A DNA stretch of 64,000 nucleotides from assembly GCA_963674735.2 (NCBI GenBank), contig CAXXQS010000001.1, forward strand, positions 1,728,001 to 1,792,000, read 5' to 3'. This stretch comes from Myxococcota bacterium. GTDB taxonomy: Bacteria > Myxococcota_A > SURF-8. The notes beneath the pieces are model-generated. The model was not told where the DNA came from. It saw only the letters and a program-made list of their open reading frames with translations, and ran no database searches. Positions within the stretch are counted from its first letter, which is position 1. Each line of letters opens with the position of its first letter. A program made the translations under genes and the position numbers. Positions 1-8,683 of the stretch are shown here, piece by piece.

Positions 1-769
1 TCGTTTTCGTAAGATCGCCTCCTTTCTGCCAAAGTATACGTCATCCGGTGTGACGTTGCCAAGGGCTTCGTGGACCCGACGTTGGTTGTACCAATTCACG
101 AATTCCAGGATTTCGTTCTCGATCTGAATCGGCGTTTCGTGCACGTTCTGGTTGACACGCTCTTTCAGGCTGCGGTGATAGCGCTCGATCTTGCCGTTGG
201 TCTGCGGGTGATACGGTGCGGCGAAGATGTGATGAATGCCTTTGATTTGAAGGTACTCCACCAATTCGCCGCTGATCAGCGCGCTGCCTCGATCCGACAG
301 GATGCGCGGCTTCGTTCCCATCCGATCCACACCGGCAAACTCGCAGGCGGCCTCGATCACTTCGGAGAAATCCGGCGCTCGCATGGTCGGTTGCAGCTGA
401 CGCCGGAAAGGTTTTCACCGGACGCGGAAAGATCAGCCCGGCCCGTTTGAGCACGCGATAGACCGTCGACTCGGATACGGCGAACGCGCCGTGATCCGTG
501 AGGTGGACGGCCAACTCCCGCGAGGACTTCTCCGGGAATTCGGCTGCCAGCTTCAGTATTTCCGTCCGCTCGACATCGAGCAGTTGGTTCCACACCCGGC
601 CCCTGTACGGGCTCTTGTCCACAAGCGCCGCTTCACCACTCGACGCATAGGCTTTCTTCCAGCGATAATAGGTCGATGGTGGCACATCGAGATCATGCAG
701 AGTCTTGCGCACCGAAAACGGCGAACGCACCACCGCGTCGAGCACCGCCCGTTTCATTTCGGCTTGCAT
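1..769 (-). pseudogene. IS3 orfB (DDE integrase core) with ~137-bp internal out-of-frame deletion
   Basis: Alignment by eye to copy B: the segment equivalent to 25940-26076 (includes the WQTD first catalytic Asp) is missing at junction 397/398. Confidence 0.88.
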
Positions 770-786
770 CCGCTTGTACCGGACGC

Positions 787-1113
787 TTACGAGCCGAGGC
801 TTTTTTTATATCGCAAAACCTTCAAATGCGCTTCGGCCAGCGCGATCTTGAGCTGCTCGTTTTCCGATTTCAGCTCGCGCACCTCGTCGTCACTGGCGTC
901 GCGCTTCGTCTCGCGTGTCAGGCCATTTTTGCCGGCTTCGAGAAACTGTTTGGACCAGCGATAGAACAGGCTGGGCTGGATGCCTTCCCGGCGGCAGAGC
1001 TCGCTGATGGAAATCTCGCCGCGCAGCGATTCGACGACAATGCGGATCTTCTCGTCGGCACTGAATTTGCGGCGGGTGTTTCGGCGGATCTGTTTGACAA
1101 CATTGGTGGCCAT
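787..1113 (-). CDS. IS3 orfA, HTH transposase protein
   Basis: RRKFSADEKIRIV...SELCRREGI HTH pattern; GGAGG RBS upstream. Confidence 0.9.
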   Translation of the reverse strand: MATNVVKQIRRNTRRKFSADEKIRIVVESLRGEISISELCRREGIQPSLFYRWSKQFLEAGKNGLTRETKRDASDDEVRELKSENEQLKIALAEAHLKVLRYKKSLGS

Positions 1114-1391
1114 GGGGTCCTCCTCCTTCGAGTTGTACCCGGACCGGAACGGATGGTCAATCGTGGAAGCGGTCCCGACGCTGCAACGAGCTTCGGGGCG
1201 GGGCGTCTGAGGTCGCGTCCGGGATAATCCCTACGGTCCCGGAAACTCCCGCGCCGCCCCAACAACCGCTTTCTCTTCGACTCAGAGTCTCCCTTAATTC
1301 TCCCTAACCAACTGTCCCAAACTCGCTGACGGTGGACAGTAGTGGTCGGGCTGGTGTGACCTGAAGACCACCCTAAACAAATAGCCCAGAC

Positions 1392-1428
1392 ACATAAACA
1401 TTGACATAAACATTAGCGCGAGTACACT
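1392..1428 (+). promoter_or_regulatory. sigma70-type promoter of the lexA cassette with overlapping direct repeat (candidate LexA operator)
   Basis: TTGACA (1401-1406), 16-bp spacer, TACACT (1423-1428); ACATAAACATT repeated at 1392-1402 and 1404-1414 across the -35 box. Confidence 0.6.
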
Positions 1429-1461
1429 GGGGGTGTGGCAATGGTTTGTGGAGGCAACCCC

Positions 1462-2100
1462 ATGCGTGAAGAACTGACGGAAAAACAGGCCCGCTTGTTG
1501 GGTTATCTGGAAAAAGAAATCGGCCAGAACGGCAAAGCCCCCAGCCTGCGGGCGATGGGCGAGGCGTTCGGGGTGAGCTATTCGGCTATCCGACAGCTAT
1601 TGGAAGAACTGGAAAAGAAAGCCTACATCCGGCGTGAAGGCCGCTACAGCCGCACCATTCACCTGCTCAACCCGCTGGGCGAAGTCTCCGGTGTGGAGCG
1701 CGGGCGCGAAATCCCCATCGTGGGTGAGATTGCCGCCGGACTGCCCCTGTACGCCCAACAGGAATGGGGCGGGTCGCTGGTGGTGGACCGCGAACTCTAC
1801 CGCTATCCCAACCTCTTCGCCCTGCGGATCAAAGGCCAGTCCATGAAAGACGCGGCCATTCTTCACGGCGATTTGGTGATTTGCACCCCGCGTCAGTATG
1901 CGGAAGACGGCGAGATCGTCGCGGCGCTGGTGCATGGCGAAGAGGCCACCGTCAAGCGCTTCTATCGCCATGCCGATCACATCGAGCTTCGCCCGGAAAA
2001 CCCGGCCTTTTCGCCCCAGCGGTACAGCTTCGATGACGTGCTGATTCAGGGCAAGGTGGTGGGCGTGCAGCGCGGGCCGGACGGCGTGGCGGGTGTGTGA
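1462..2100 (+). CDS. lexA: LexA repressor
   Basis: N-terminal wHTH (LTEKQ...PSLRAM), Ala-Gly cleavage site in GEIAAGLP, catalytic Ser (GQSM) and Lys (TVKR); GGAGG RBS before ATG 1462. Confidence 0.95.
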   Translation: MREELTEKQARLLGYLEKEIGQNGKAPSLRAMGEAFGVSYSAIRQLLEELEKKAYIRREGRYSRTIHLLNPLGEVSGVERGREIPIVGEIAAGLPLYAQQEWGGSLVVDRELYRYPNLFALRIKGQSMKDAAILHGDLVICTPRQYAEDGEIVAALVHGEEATVKRFYRHADHIELRPENPAFSPQRYSFDDVLIQGKVVGVQRGPDGVAGV

Positions 2101-2109
2101 GGATGGACG

Positions 2110-2934
2110 ATGGCGAAGCAGACGCAAACCGCAAAGCTGCTCATCGGGTGCAGCGGCTTTTCTTACCGCGAGTGGATCGAGGCGGGCGTGTATCCGCAGG
2201 GCACCAAACAAACGGAGATGCTGGCCCGCTACGCCGAGGAATTTCCCATTGTCGAGTTGAACTATACGTGGCACCGTATGCCCACGCCGGAGATGATCGA
2301 ACGCCAGCGCCAGCAAGCGCCGCCCGGCTTTCCTTTTGCGGCCAAGCTCACCAAAACCCTGACGCACGAGGTGGATAGCAACATCTGGTGGGAGAATATC
2401 GTCCGCTACCGCGACGCCCTTGCGCCCTTGACGCAGGCCGGGCAACTGGCTGCGGTGTTGGTGCAGTTGCCACCTTCGTTCGGCCGCGCCCCGAAAAACC
2501 GCAGCTATCTGGCTCACCTCTTGGACGCTTTGCACGGGCTTCCCGTGGCGGTGGAGTTCCGTCACAAGTCGTGGGCGCACGACCGGGTGTTTGCGGAACT
2601 AGAACGCCGCAAGGTAACGCTGGTTGCCGTGGACGAGCCGAAGTTGCCGCATCTGTTCCCGGCCTTGGATGTCGTCACCAATCCCGATCAATTTTACGTG
2701 CGTTTTCATGGGCGCAATACCGCCGGGTGGCAAAACCGGGGCAACGCCCATCCCTTTGATTACGATTATTCGGACGACGAACTGCGTCCCTGGGCCGAGC
2801 AGACCATCGAACGCATGGCCAAACGTGCCAAGAAGGGCTTTATTTTCTTCAATAACCACGTATCCGGGCAAGCCCCGAAAAACGCCCGTCGGCTGGCTGA
2901 ATTGCTGGCCGAACAGGGATTGCATGGGGGCTAA
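2110..2934 (+). CDS. DUF72 (YecE-like) TIM-barrel protein
   Basis: Motifs IGCSGFSYREW, VELNYTWHR, LVQLPPSF, AVEFRHKSW, YVRFHGR, IFFNNH. Confidence 0.9.
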   Translation: MAKQTQTAKLLIGCSGFSYREWIEAGVYPQGTKQTEMLARYAEEFPIVELNYTWHRMPTPEMIERQRQQAPPGFPFAAKLTKTLTHEVDSNIWWENIVRYRDALAPLTQAGQLAAVLVQLPPSFGRAPKNRSYLAHLLDALHGLPVAVEFRHKSWAHDRVFAELERRKVTLVAVDEPKLPHLFPALDVVTNPDQFYVRFHGRNTAGWQNRGNAHPFDYDYSDDELRPWAEQTIERMAKRAKKGFIFFNNHVSGQAPKNARRLAELLAEQGLHGG

Positions 2935-2936
2935 AT

Positions 2937-4127
2937 ATGGGCGCGGCACGAGACATTCTGCACCTCAACGTGGCCGATTTCGCTGTGGAGGTGGAACGGC
3001 TGGTCGATAGCCGCCTGAAGACCCGGCCCGTGATTATCGCCCCGGAAGGCGCTGCACGGGCGGCGGTCTTCGATCACAGCGAGGAAGCCTACAAGGCCGG
3101 GGTGCGTAAAGGAATGCCCCTGAAGCGGGCGCTCCGGCGCTGCAAAGAGGCGGTGGTGTTGCCGCCCCATCCCGACCGCTACGAACGCGCCATGCGGGAA
3201 ATGTTGAAACGAACCCTGCCGTATTCGCCCCTGATCGAGCAGACCGACACCCAGGGTCACCTGTTTGTGGATTTAAGCGGCACGTCACGTCTGCACGGCC
3301 CACCCCAGGACGTTGGGTTGCGGGTGCGCCGGGCTTTGCAGAAGGAAGTCGGATTCCTGCCGATTTGGACGCTCGCCCCGAACAAGCTACTGGCCAAGGT
3401 GGCGTCACGGCTGGTCAAACCCACCGGGGAACGTATCGTCACAAGCCATGAAACCAAAGAACTTTTGCATCCCTTGCCCCTGAGCCTGATTCCAGGACTG
3501 GAAGCCTATGACCTGTTTCGTTTGCGGGATTTCAACCTGTGGCGGGTGGACGAGGCCACGCAACTGTCGCCTGCCCAACTGGACGTGATTTTCGGCAAAC
3601 GTAGTGCTGTCATCCATAACCTGTTACGTGGCGTGGACGATTCTCCCGTCCTGCCGATGGGTGAGCAATACCCCCGCATCACCGCCGAACATGCCTTTGG
3701 TAACGACACCAACGACCTACACCGCATCGAAGGGGTGTTGTACGCCCTTGTGGAAAGTGCGGGTGCGGAGTTGCGAAGACGTGGAATGGCGACGAAGCGT
3801 ATGGGGCTGTTGCTCGATTATACGGACGGCAAACGTATGCGTCGCACCCTGGTCGTCACGCCGCCAAGTGCCAATGACTTTGCTTTGTACGAGACCGGCC
3901 ACAACTTGCTGCACAGGGCATGGCAGCGTCGGGTGCGGATTCGTCACCTACGTTTGATGTTGGACCGGCTGGTTTATCCTCCGCCGCCACAGTTGAACTT
4001 GTTTGCAGATGAACGCAAGGAACAAAGCGATAAGCACGACCTCGTGGCCGCACTGGATACCATTCGCACCCGCTTTGGCCCGGCGGCTATTCGGATGGGC
4101 CGCACCCTGTCCACGGGCATACCATGA
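2937..4127 (+). CDS. imuB: Y-family DNA polymerase homologue, catalytically degenerate (ImuB/DinB-like)
   Basis: DinB-like fold motifs (GVRKGMPL, APNKLLAKVAS); catalytic acidic residues replaced (ILHLNVADF, EQTDTQGHLFVD instead of SIDE); beta-clamp motif QLNLF. Confidence 0.82.
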   Translation: MGAARDILHLNVADFAVEVERLVDSRLKTRPVIIAPEGAARAAVFDHSEEAYKAGVRKGMPLKRALRRCKEAVVLPPHPDRYERAMREMLKRTLPYSPLIEQTDTQGHLFVDLSGTSRLHGPPQDVGLRVRRALQKEVGFLPIWTLAPNKLLAKVASRLVKPTGERIVTSHETKELLHPLPLSLIPGLEAYDLFRLRDFNLWRVDEATQLSPAQLDVIFGKRSAVIHNLLRGVDDSPVLPMGEQYPRITAEHAFGNDTNDLHRIEGVLYALVESAGAELRRRGMATKRMGLLLDYTDGKRMRRTLVVTPPSANDFALYETGHNLLHRAWQRRVRIRHLRLMLDRLVYPPPPQLNLFADERKEQSDKHDLVAALDTIRTRFGPAAIRMGRTLSTGIP

Positions 4128-7100
4128 TTCCCCTGACCACCCATTCGCACTATTCGATGATGTGGGGTGTGCGCTCGCCTGCGGAGTTGGTGCGTCACGC
4201 CAAGGTCTGTGGCTATGACCGGCTAGCCCTGACCGACACTGACAACCTGTACGGCTTGTGGCCTTTTCTTGCAGCTTGCAATGCGGAAGGCGTGCAGCCG
4301 ATTGTAGGCGCGGAAGTTACCGACCCAAACACGAACGACCGGGCCGTGTGTCTGGTGAAAAACGAAACGGGCTATAGTAATCTAACCCGCCTGCTGACCC
4401 GCCGTCATTGCGATAAAGTTTTCAGACTGCAACATGTCCTGCCTGACCATGCAAACGGCCTTGTAGTGTTGACCCAATCCGAAACGCTTTTGCGGCAATG
4501 GAAGGAACGGGGCGTGTTCGTGGCGGCTGCCTTGCCTCGTAAACCCAACGGTCACGGCTTGAAGCTGCGCCAAGTAGCGAAACGCTTGGAGGTGCCGTCC
4601 GTCGCCACACCGGGGGCTTTCTTCACCCTGCCGGAAGATCATGCCGTCCATCGCCTGCAACGGGCTATCAACCTGAACACCTCGCTTTCACGTCTGACCG
4701 AACAAGACATGGTTCCCGAAGATGCATGGTTGGCTCCGTCGATGGAGTACATCCGCCGTTTCGATGTCTGGCCCGATGCCATCCGGGCGACCGACACTTT
4801 GGCCGAACGGCTCGAATTCAACGGACCGGACTTCGGGCTGGTCCTGCCGAGTTGGCAGGATCAACATGCGGCGGAATCGGCCCTGGAACTTCGTACAGCG
4901 GCGTATGAAGGGGCACGCTGGCGGTACGGGGAAACGCTTTCGGATAAGGTGGTGCAACGCTTGGAATACGAACTGGCCGCTATCCGTGACAAGGGCTTTT
5001 CGGCCTATTTCCTGATCGTGCAGGACATCGTGAAACACAGCCCGCGTATTTGCGGGCGTGGGTCGGGTGCCGCATCCATCGTGGCCTATTGCTTGGGCAT
5101 CACCAACGTCTGCCCGCTCAAGTACAACCTCTATTTCGAACGCTTCCTCAATCCGGGACGAAAAGACGCCCCCGACATCGACGTGGATTTCGCCTGGGAT
5201 GAACGTGACGACGTGCAGTTGGCCGTGTTGGAGAAATACAAGGGACATGCGGCCATGGTCTGCAACCATGTGCTGTTGCAGCCCCGCTCGGCCATTCGGG
5301 AAGTGGCCAAGGTCTATGGCCTGACCGACCGTGAAATCGGGCAGGTATCCAAACGCCTGCCGTGGTTCTGGCGGGCGATGGATGGTGCCGACAACGACGC
5401 CCTGCTTTTACGCCTCAAAGCTCTGCCGCAACTGAAGCAACTGGATTTTCCCGAACCGTGGCCGGAGATTATCCGCCATGCCCAACGCCTGATCGGCACA
5501 CCACGAAACCTGTCCGTGCATTCCGGCGGGGTGGTAATTACACCCCGACCTATCGATACATACGTGCCGGTGGAAATCGCCCCCAAGGGTGTACCCATTA
5601 TCCAGTGGGAGAAAGACGGTACGGAAGACAGCGGTCTGTTGAAAATCGACCTGCTCGGCAACCGCAGCCTCGGAGTCATTCGGGACGCCATTGCGACCGT
5701 CAAACAAAACGGGAACGCCTTCGACGAAACCCGCTGGGAACCGGAAGACGACCGGGCGACGCAGGGCCGCATCGCCAACGGCGAAACAATGGGTTGCTTC
5801 TACATCGAATCCCCAGCCACACGGTTGTTGCAACAGAAATCAGCGGTGGGTGACTACGAACACATGGTGATTCACACGTCCATTATCCGACCGGCCGCCA
5901 ACCGTTGGATCAACGAATACCTGGCCCGGCTGAAAGGAGAACCCTGGGAAGCCATCCATCCGCTTCTGGAGGGTGTGTTGGACGAAACCTACGGCATTAT
6001 GGTCTATCAGGAACACGTTTCGCTGGCGGCGGTGGCTTTGGCAGGCTTCAACCATGCCGACGCGGACGGATTAAGAAAGGTGATGGCTCGTAAGGATCGG
6101 GATAAAAAGCTGCTCGACTACTTCCAACGCTTTGCTATGGGCGCACGGGAGCGAGGCGTAACGGACGCACAAATCGAAACCGTGTGGGACATGATCCTAT
6201 CTTTCGATGGTTATTCCTTCTGCAAGCCTCATTCGGCCAGCTACATCCGGGTGTCGTTTCAGGCGGCATACTTGAAGGCTCACCACCCGGCGGCCTTCAT
6301 GGCGGCGGTGATTTCCAACCAAGGTGGGTTTTACTCGACGTTTGCCTATGTTTCCGAGGCGCGGCGTCTGGGGGTGGACATCCTGCCGCCGGATGTCAAC
6401 GATAGCGGCATCCGCTGGACGGCGGGCGAGGGCTGGATGCGGGCGGGGCTGATGGCGGTCAAACACCTTTCAGCAAACACGCAAGCTCGGATCATTAGCG
6501 AGCGAGCGCGCACACCCTATCAAAGCCTGACAGATTTTCTAAATCGCGTGCAGCCCAACGATGAAGAAGCCCGGTCGTTGATCCATGCCGGGGCGTTCTC
6601 GACCTTGCACCCTAACGCCTCTCATGCGGCGCTGGCATGGGAACTGGCCACATGGCGCAAGGAGCGGCGACAGACCAAACCACAGCAGGATTTGTTTGCA
6701 CAGCCAGCGAAAGCCGCCACGCCACCAACGTTTCCCGCCGATGACGGTATTGCCCGCTTGCGCCGGGAGTTTGCCGCCTTGGGTTTTCTGTGCGACCGCC
6801 ACCCGATGACGCTTTTTGCCGATACGCTCAAACACCGCAACATGGTCAAAGCCAACGACCTGCACAACCATGCAGGCAAACGCGTAAGCGTGGCCGGGAT
6901 GCTGATTACCGGCAAGGTGGTCTCCACGCATAAGGGTGACCCGATGGAATTCGTCACTTTCGAGGACGAAACAGGCGTGATCGAAACCACGTTCTTCCCC
7001 CGCGTGTACGAGCGCTTCTGCTCGATACTGGATTACGGCCACCCCTTCATCCTGACCGGCAAAGTAGACGAGCAGTTCGGAGCCTGTACGTTGACCGTGG

Positions 7101-7129
7101 AGCAGGTGTTTGCCGTGCAGCGGGTGTAA
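4124..7129 (+). CDS. dnaE2: Accessory DNA polymerase III alpha subunit (error-prone DnaE2/ImuC-like)
   Basis: PHP domain (HSHYS, ALTDTDNLYG), GRGSGAAS, catalytic PDIDVDF, YSFCKPHS, C-terminal OB fold; ATGA overlap with upstream gene. Confidence 0.9.
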   Translation: MIPLTTHSHYSMMWGVRSPAELVRHAKVCGYDRLALTDTDNLYGLWPFLAACNAEGVQPIVGAEVTDPNTNDRAVCLVKNETGYSNLTRLLTRRHCDKVFRLQHVLPDHANGLVVLTQSETLLRQWKERGVFVAAALPRKPNGHGLKLRQVAKRLEVPSVATPGAFFTLPEDHAVHRLQRAINLNTSLSRLTEQDMVPEDAWLAPSMEYIRRFDVWPDAIRATDTLAERLEFNGPDFGLVLPSWQDQHAAESALELRTAAYEGARWRYGETLSDKVVQRLEYELAAIRDKGFSAYFLIVQDIVKHSPRICGRGSGAASIVAYCLGITNVCPLKYNLYFERFLNPGRKDAPDIDVDFAWDERDDVQLAVLEKYKGHAAMVCNHVLLQPRSAIREVAKVYGLTDREIGQVSKRLPWFWRAMDGADNDALLLRLKALPQLKQLDFPEPWPEIIRHAQRLIGTPRNLSVHSGGVVITPRPIDTYVPVEIAPKGVPIIQWEKDGTEDSGLLKIDLLGNRSLGVIRDAIATVKQNGNAFDETRWEPEDDRATQGRIANGETMGCFYIESPATRLLQQKSAVGDYEHMVIHTSIIRPAANRWINEYLARLKGEPWEAIHPLLEGVLDETYGIMVYQEHVSLAAVALAGFNHADADGLRKVMARKDRDKKLLDYFQRFAMGARERGVTDAQIETVWDMILSFDGYSFCKPHSASYIRVSFQAAYLKAHHPAAFMAAVISNQGGFYSTFAYVSEARRLGVDILPPDVNDSGIRWTAGEGWMRAGLMAVKHLSANTQARIISERARTPYQSLTDFLNRVQPNDEEARSLIHAGAFSTLHPNASHAALAWELATWRKERRQTKPQQDLFAQPAKAATPPTFPADDGIARLRREFAALGFLCDRHPMTLFADTLKHRNMVKANDLHNHAGKRVSVAGMLITGKVVSTHKGDPMEFVTFEDETGVIETTFFPRVYERFCSILDYGHPFILTGKVDEQFGACTLTVEQVFAVQRV

Positions 7130-7372
7130 CAGCAACTTGTCATGCACAAGCGCTAATATATTGAGTGTTGTCGAATACTTAGATTCCAAGGGCGACAACG
7201 AGACATGACTCCGTGTCATATGTCAAGAAAATCAAACAGATAGGGTCATGCCCCATAGCGATTTGGCCTTCTGAGCGCGTTGGAATTACTACCCTGCATC
7301 AGCCCCTCGGAAGCACGAGAAAATGCCATACGGAAGCGCTCAGGGCTTCGGGCGACCGATCTACGGCGACAG

Positions 7373-8040
7373 TCAAGACCCCTGCATTCGATACGGAACA
7401 TGCAGCATCGCCGCCGCCTTCTTCTTGACCCGCTCTCCGCGTCGGTCGTAACGGCTGGTGGTGGTCGGGCTGGCGTGACCGGCGAGCTTTTGCACGGTGG
7501 CGATGTCCGCACCTGCATCCAGTAGATCGGAGATGAAGCTTCGGCGCAAATCGTGAGGCGAGAAAGCTTTGACCTCGGCCTCTTTTCGACGCTTGGTCAA
7601 TACATGTAAAATGGCCTGGGGAGTCAGGCGCTCCGCGACAAGGTGCCCGCCACGGCGAATTCGATAAAGCAGCGGTCCAGACTCAGCCCCGCGCACCGAC
7701 AGCCACGCCTCGATGGCCTCTTTGCTCCCGTTCGTTGCATAGACGATTCGCGCCTTGTTGCCTTTGCCCGCCCTCACCGTCAATGCACCGTCCTCCGGGT
7801 TGTAATCGCCCAGATCGAGGCCGATAGCCTCTGCCCGACGCAAGCCACCTGCATAGAGTACGGCCATAATAGCGGCATCGCGGGGACCGGCGGCGGTTTC
7901 GTCCTCCATGCAAACATGGAACAGGGCCGTGATCTCGCCAGTGGAAAGCGCTCGCCCACGCGGGAGCGTGCTGCCCTTTACGTTTCGCACATCCACCGCC
8001 CGGCGGTAGTCCTCGGCCTTCATCGCGCCGAGTCGCCAGC
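7373..8040 (-). pseudogene. Tyrosine recombinase/integrase, 5'-truncated (catalytic domain intact)
   Basis: GLRRAE, GKGNK, HDLRR, LAGH, TSRY catalytic residues; frame runs upstream as CWRLGAM then hits TAA TAA at the end of the preceding ORF, so the N-terminal binding domain is missing. Confidence 0.8.
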
Positions 8041-8044
8041 ATTA

Positions 8045-8554
8045 TTATTCGTCCCTTTCCGAAACGAGTCGGCAGAGGTTCACCCGGCCAGATCCATCCG
8101 AGCAAATCCACTCGCCCATTGCCGATTCCGCGAAAAACGGTCGATCCTGGGAAATATGCTTGCCGATCCGAACGATGTCGTCGCGGTCGGTGTGAATCGA
8201 CGCCCGGTGAACTTCTGCCGCTCCATTCTCTGCAATAACGAAAATCTTCCAGTCGGGGTCGCGGTGACGACAACAACGGTATTGTTCGAGGGCTGGCGCA
8301 AGGTCGTCTATCGTGGCGCTCTTGAAATCCGTTAGCGGAAGCTCCCAGTGCTCGATCATGCGGGCAACAATGGCGTTCCGTGGGCACAGCGTCGATTGAC
8401 AGTCATTCACTCGCTCCATGTCAATGGCTGTTTGATGGACATCAATAGTTTCCAACAGCGATGCGCAATCGACTGGGGTCTTCAGCCACGCATCCAGAAT
8501 TCGGCTTTTCAGGTCATCGGTTGTTATGGTCGCCTCCCGGATGAAATTCTGCAA
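8045..8554 (-). CDS. Hypothetical protein (169 aa)
   Basis: Open frame with protein-like composition; no motif recognised. Confidence 0.5.
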   Translation of the reverse strand: MQNFIREATITTDDLKSRILDAWLKTPVDCASLLETIDVHQTAIDMERVNDCQSTLCPRNAIVARMIEHWELPLTDFKSATIDDLAPALEQYRCCRHRDPDWKIFVIAENGAAEVHRASIHTDRDDIVRIGKHISQDRPFFAESAMGEWICSDGSGRVNLCRLVSERDE

Positions 8555-8683
8555 TGCAGGTTCACAGCCATCACCGGACTCGACAGCATACCTACAGCCA
8601 TGAGCCCGTATCCCCTACGCCGGAACATCTGCTCACGAGAGATGTAGAGGGAGACGGTGAATCTTGGCAAAGCCCATTGCTAT

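Larger units (their letters stand above)
1..1338 (-). mobile_element. IS3-family element, copy A (defective; right end outside window)
   Basis: orfA+orfB with A7G slippery site (T7 at 801-807); end at 1338 reads TGTCCACCGTCAGCGAGTTTGGGACA on minus strand, resembling the other terminal IR TGTACATCTTCAGCAAGAATGGGACA seen at 25400 and 29512. Confidence 0.9.

Noticed and set aside
1597-2580. Long antisense ORFs (e.g. 1597-2580, 20271-21182, 7643-8335)
   Set aside because: They are shadow frames of well-supported genes in GC-rich DNA and carry no motifs.
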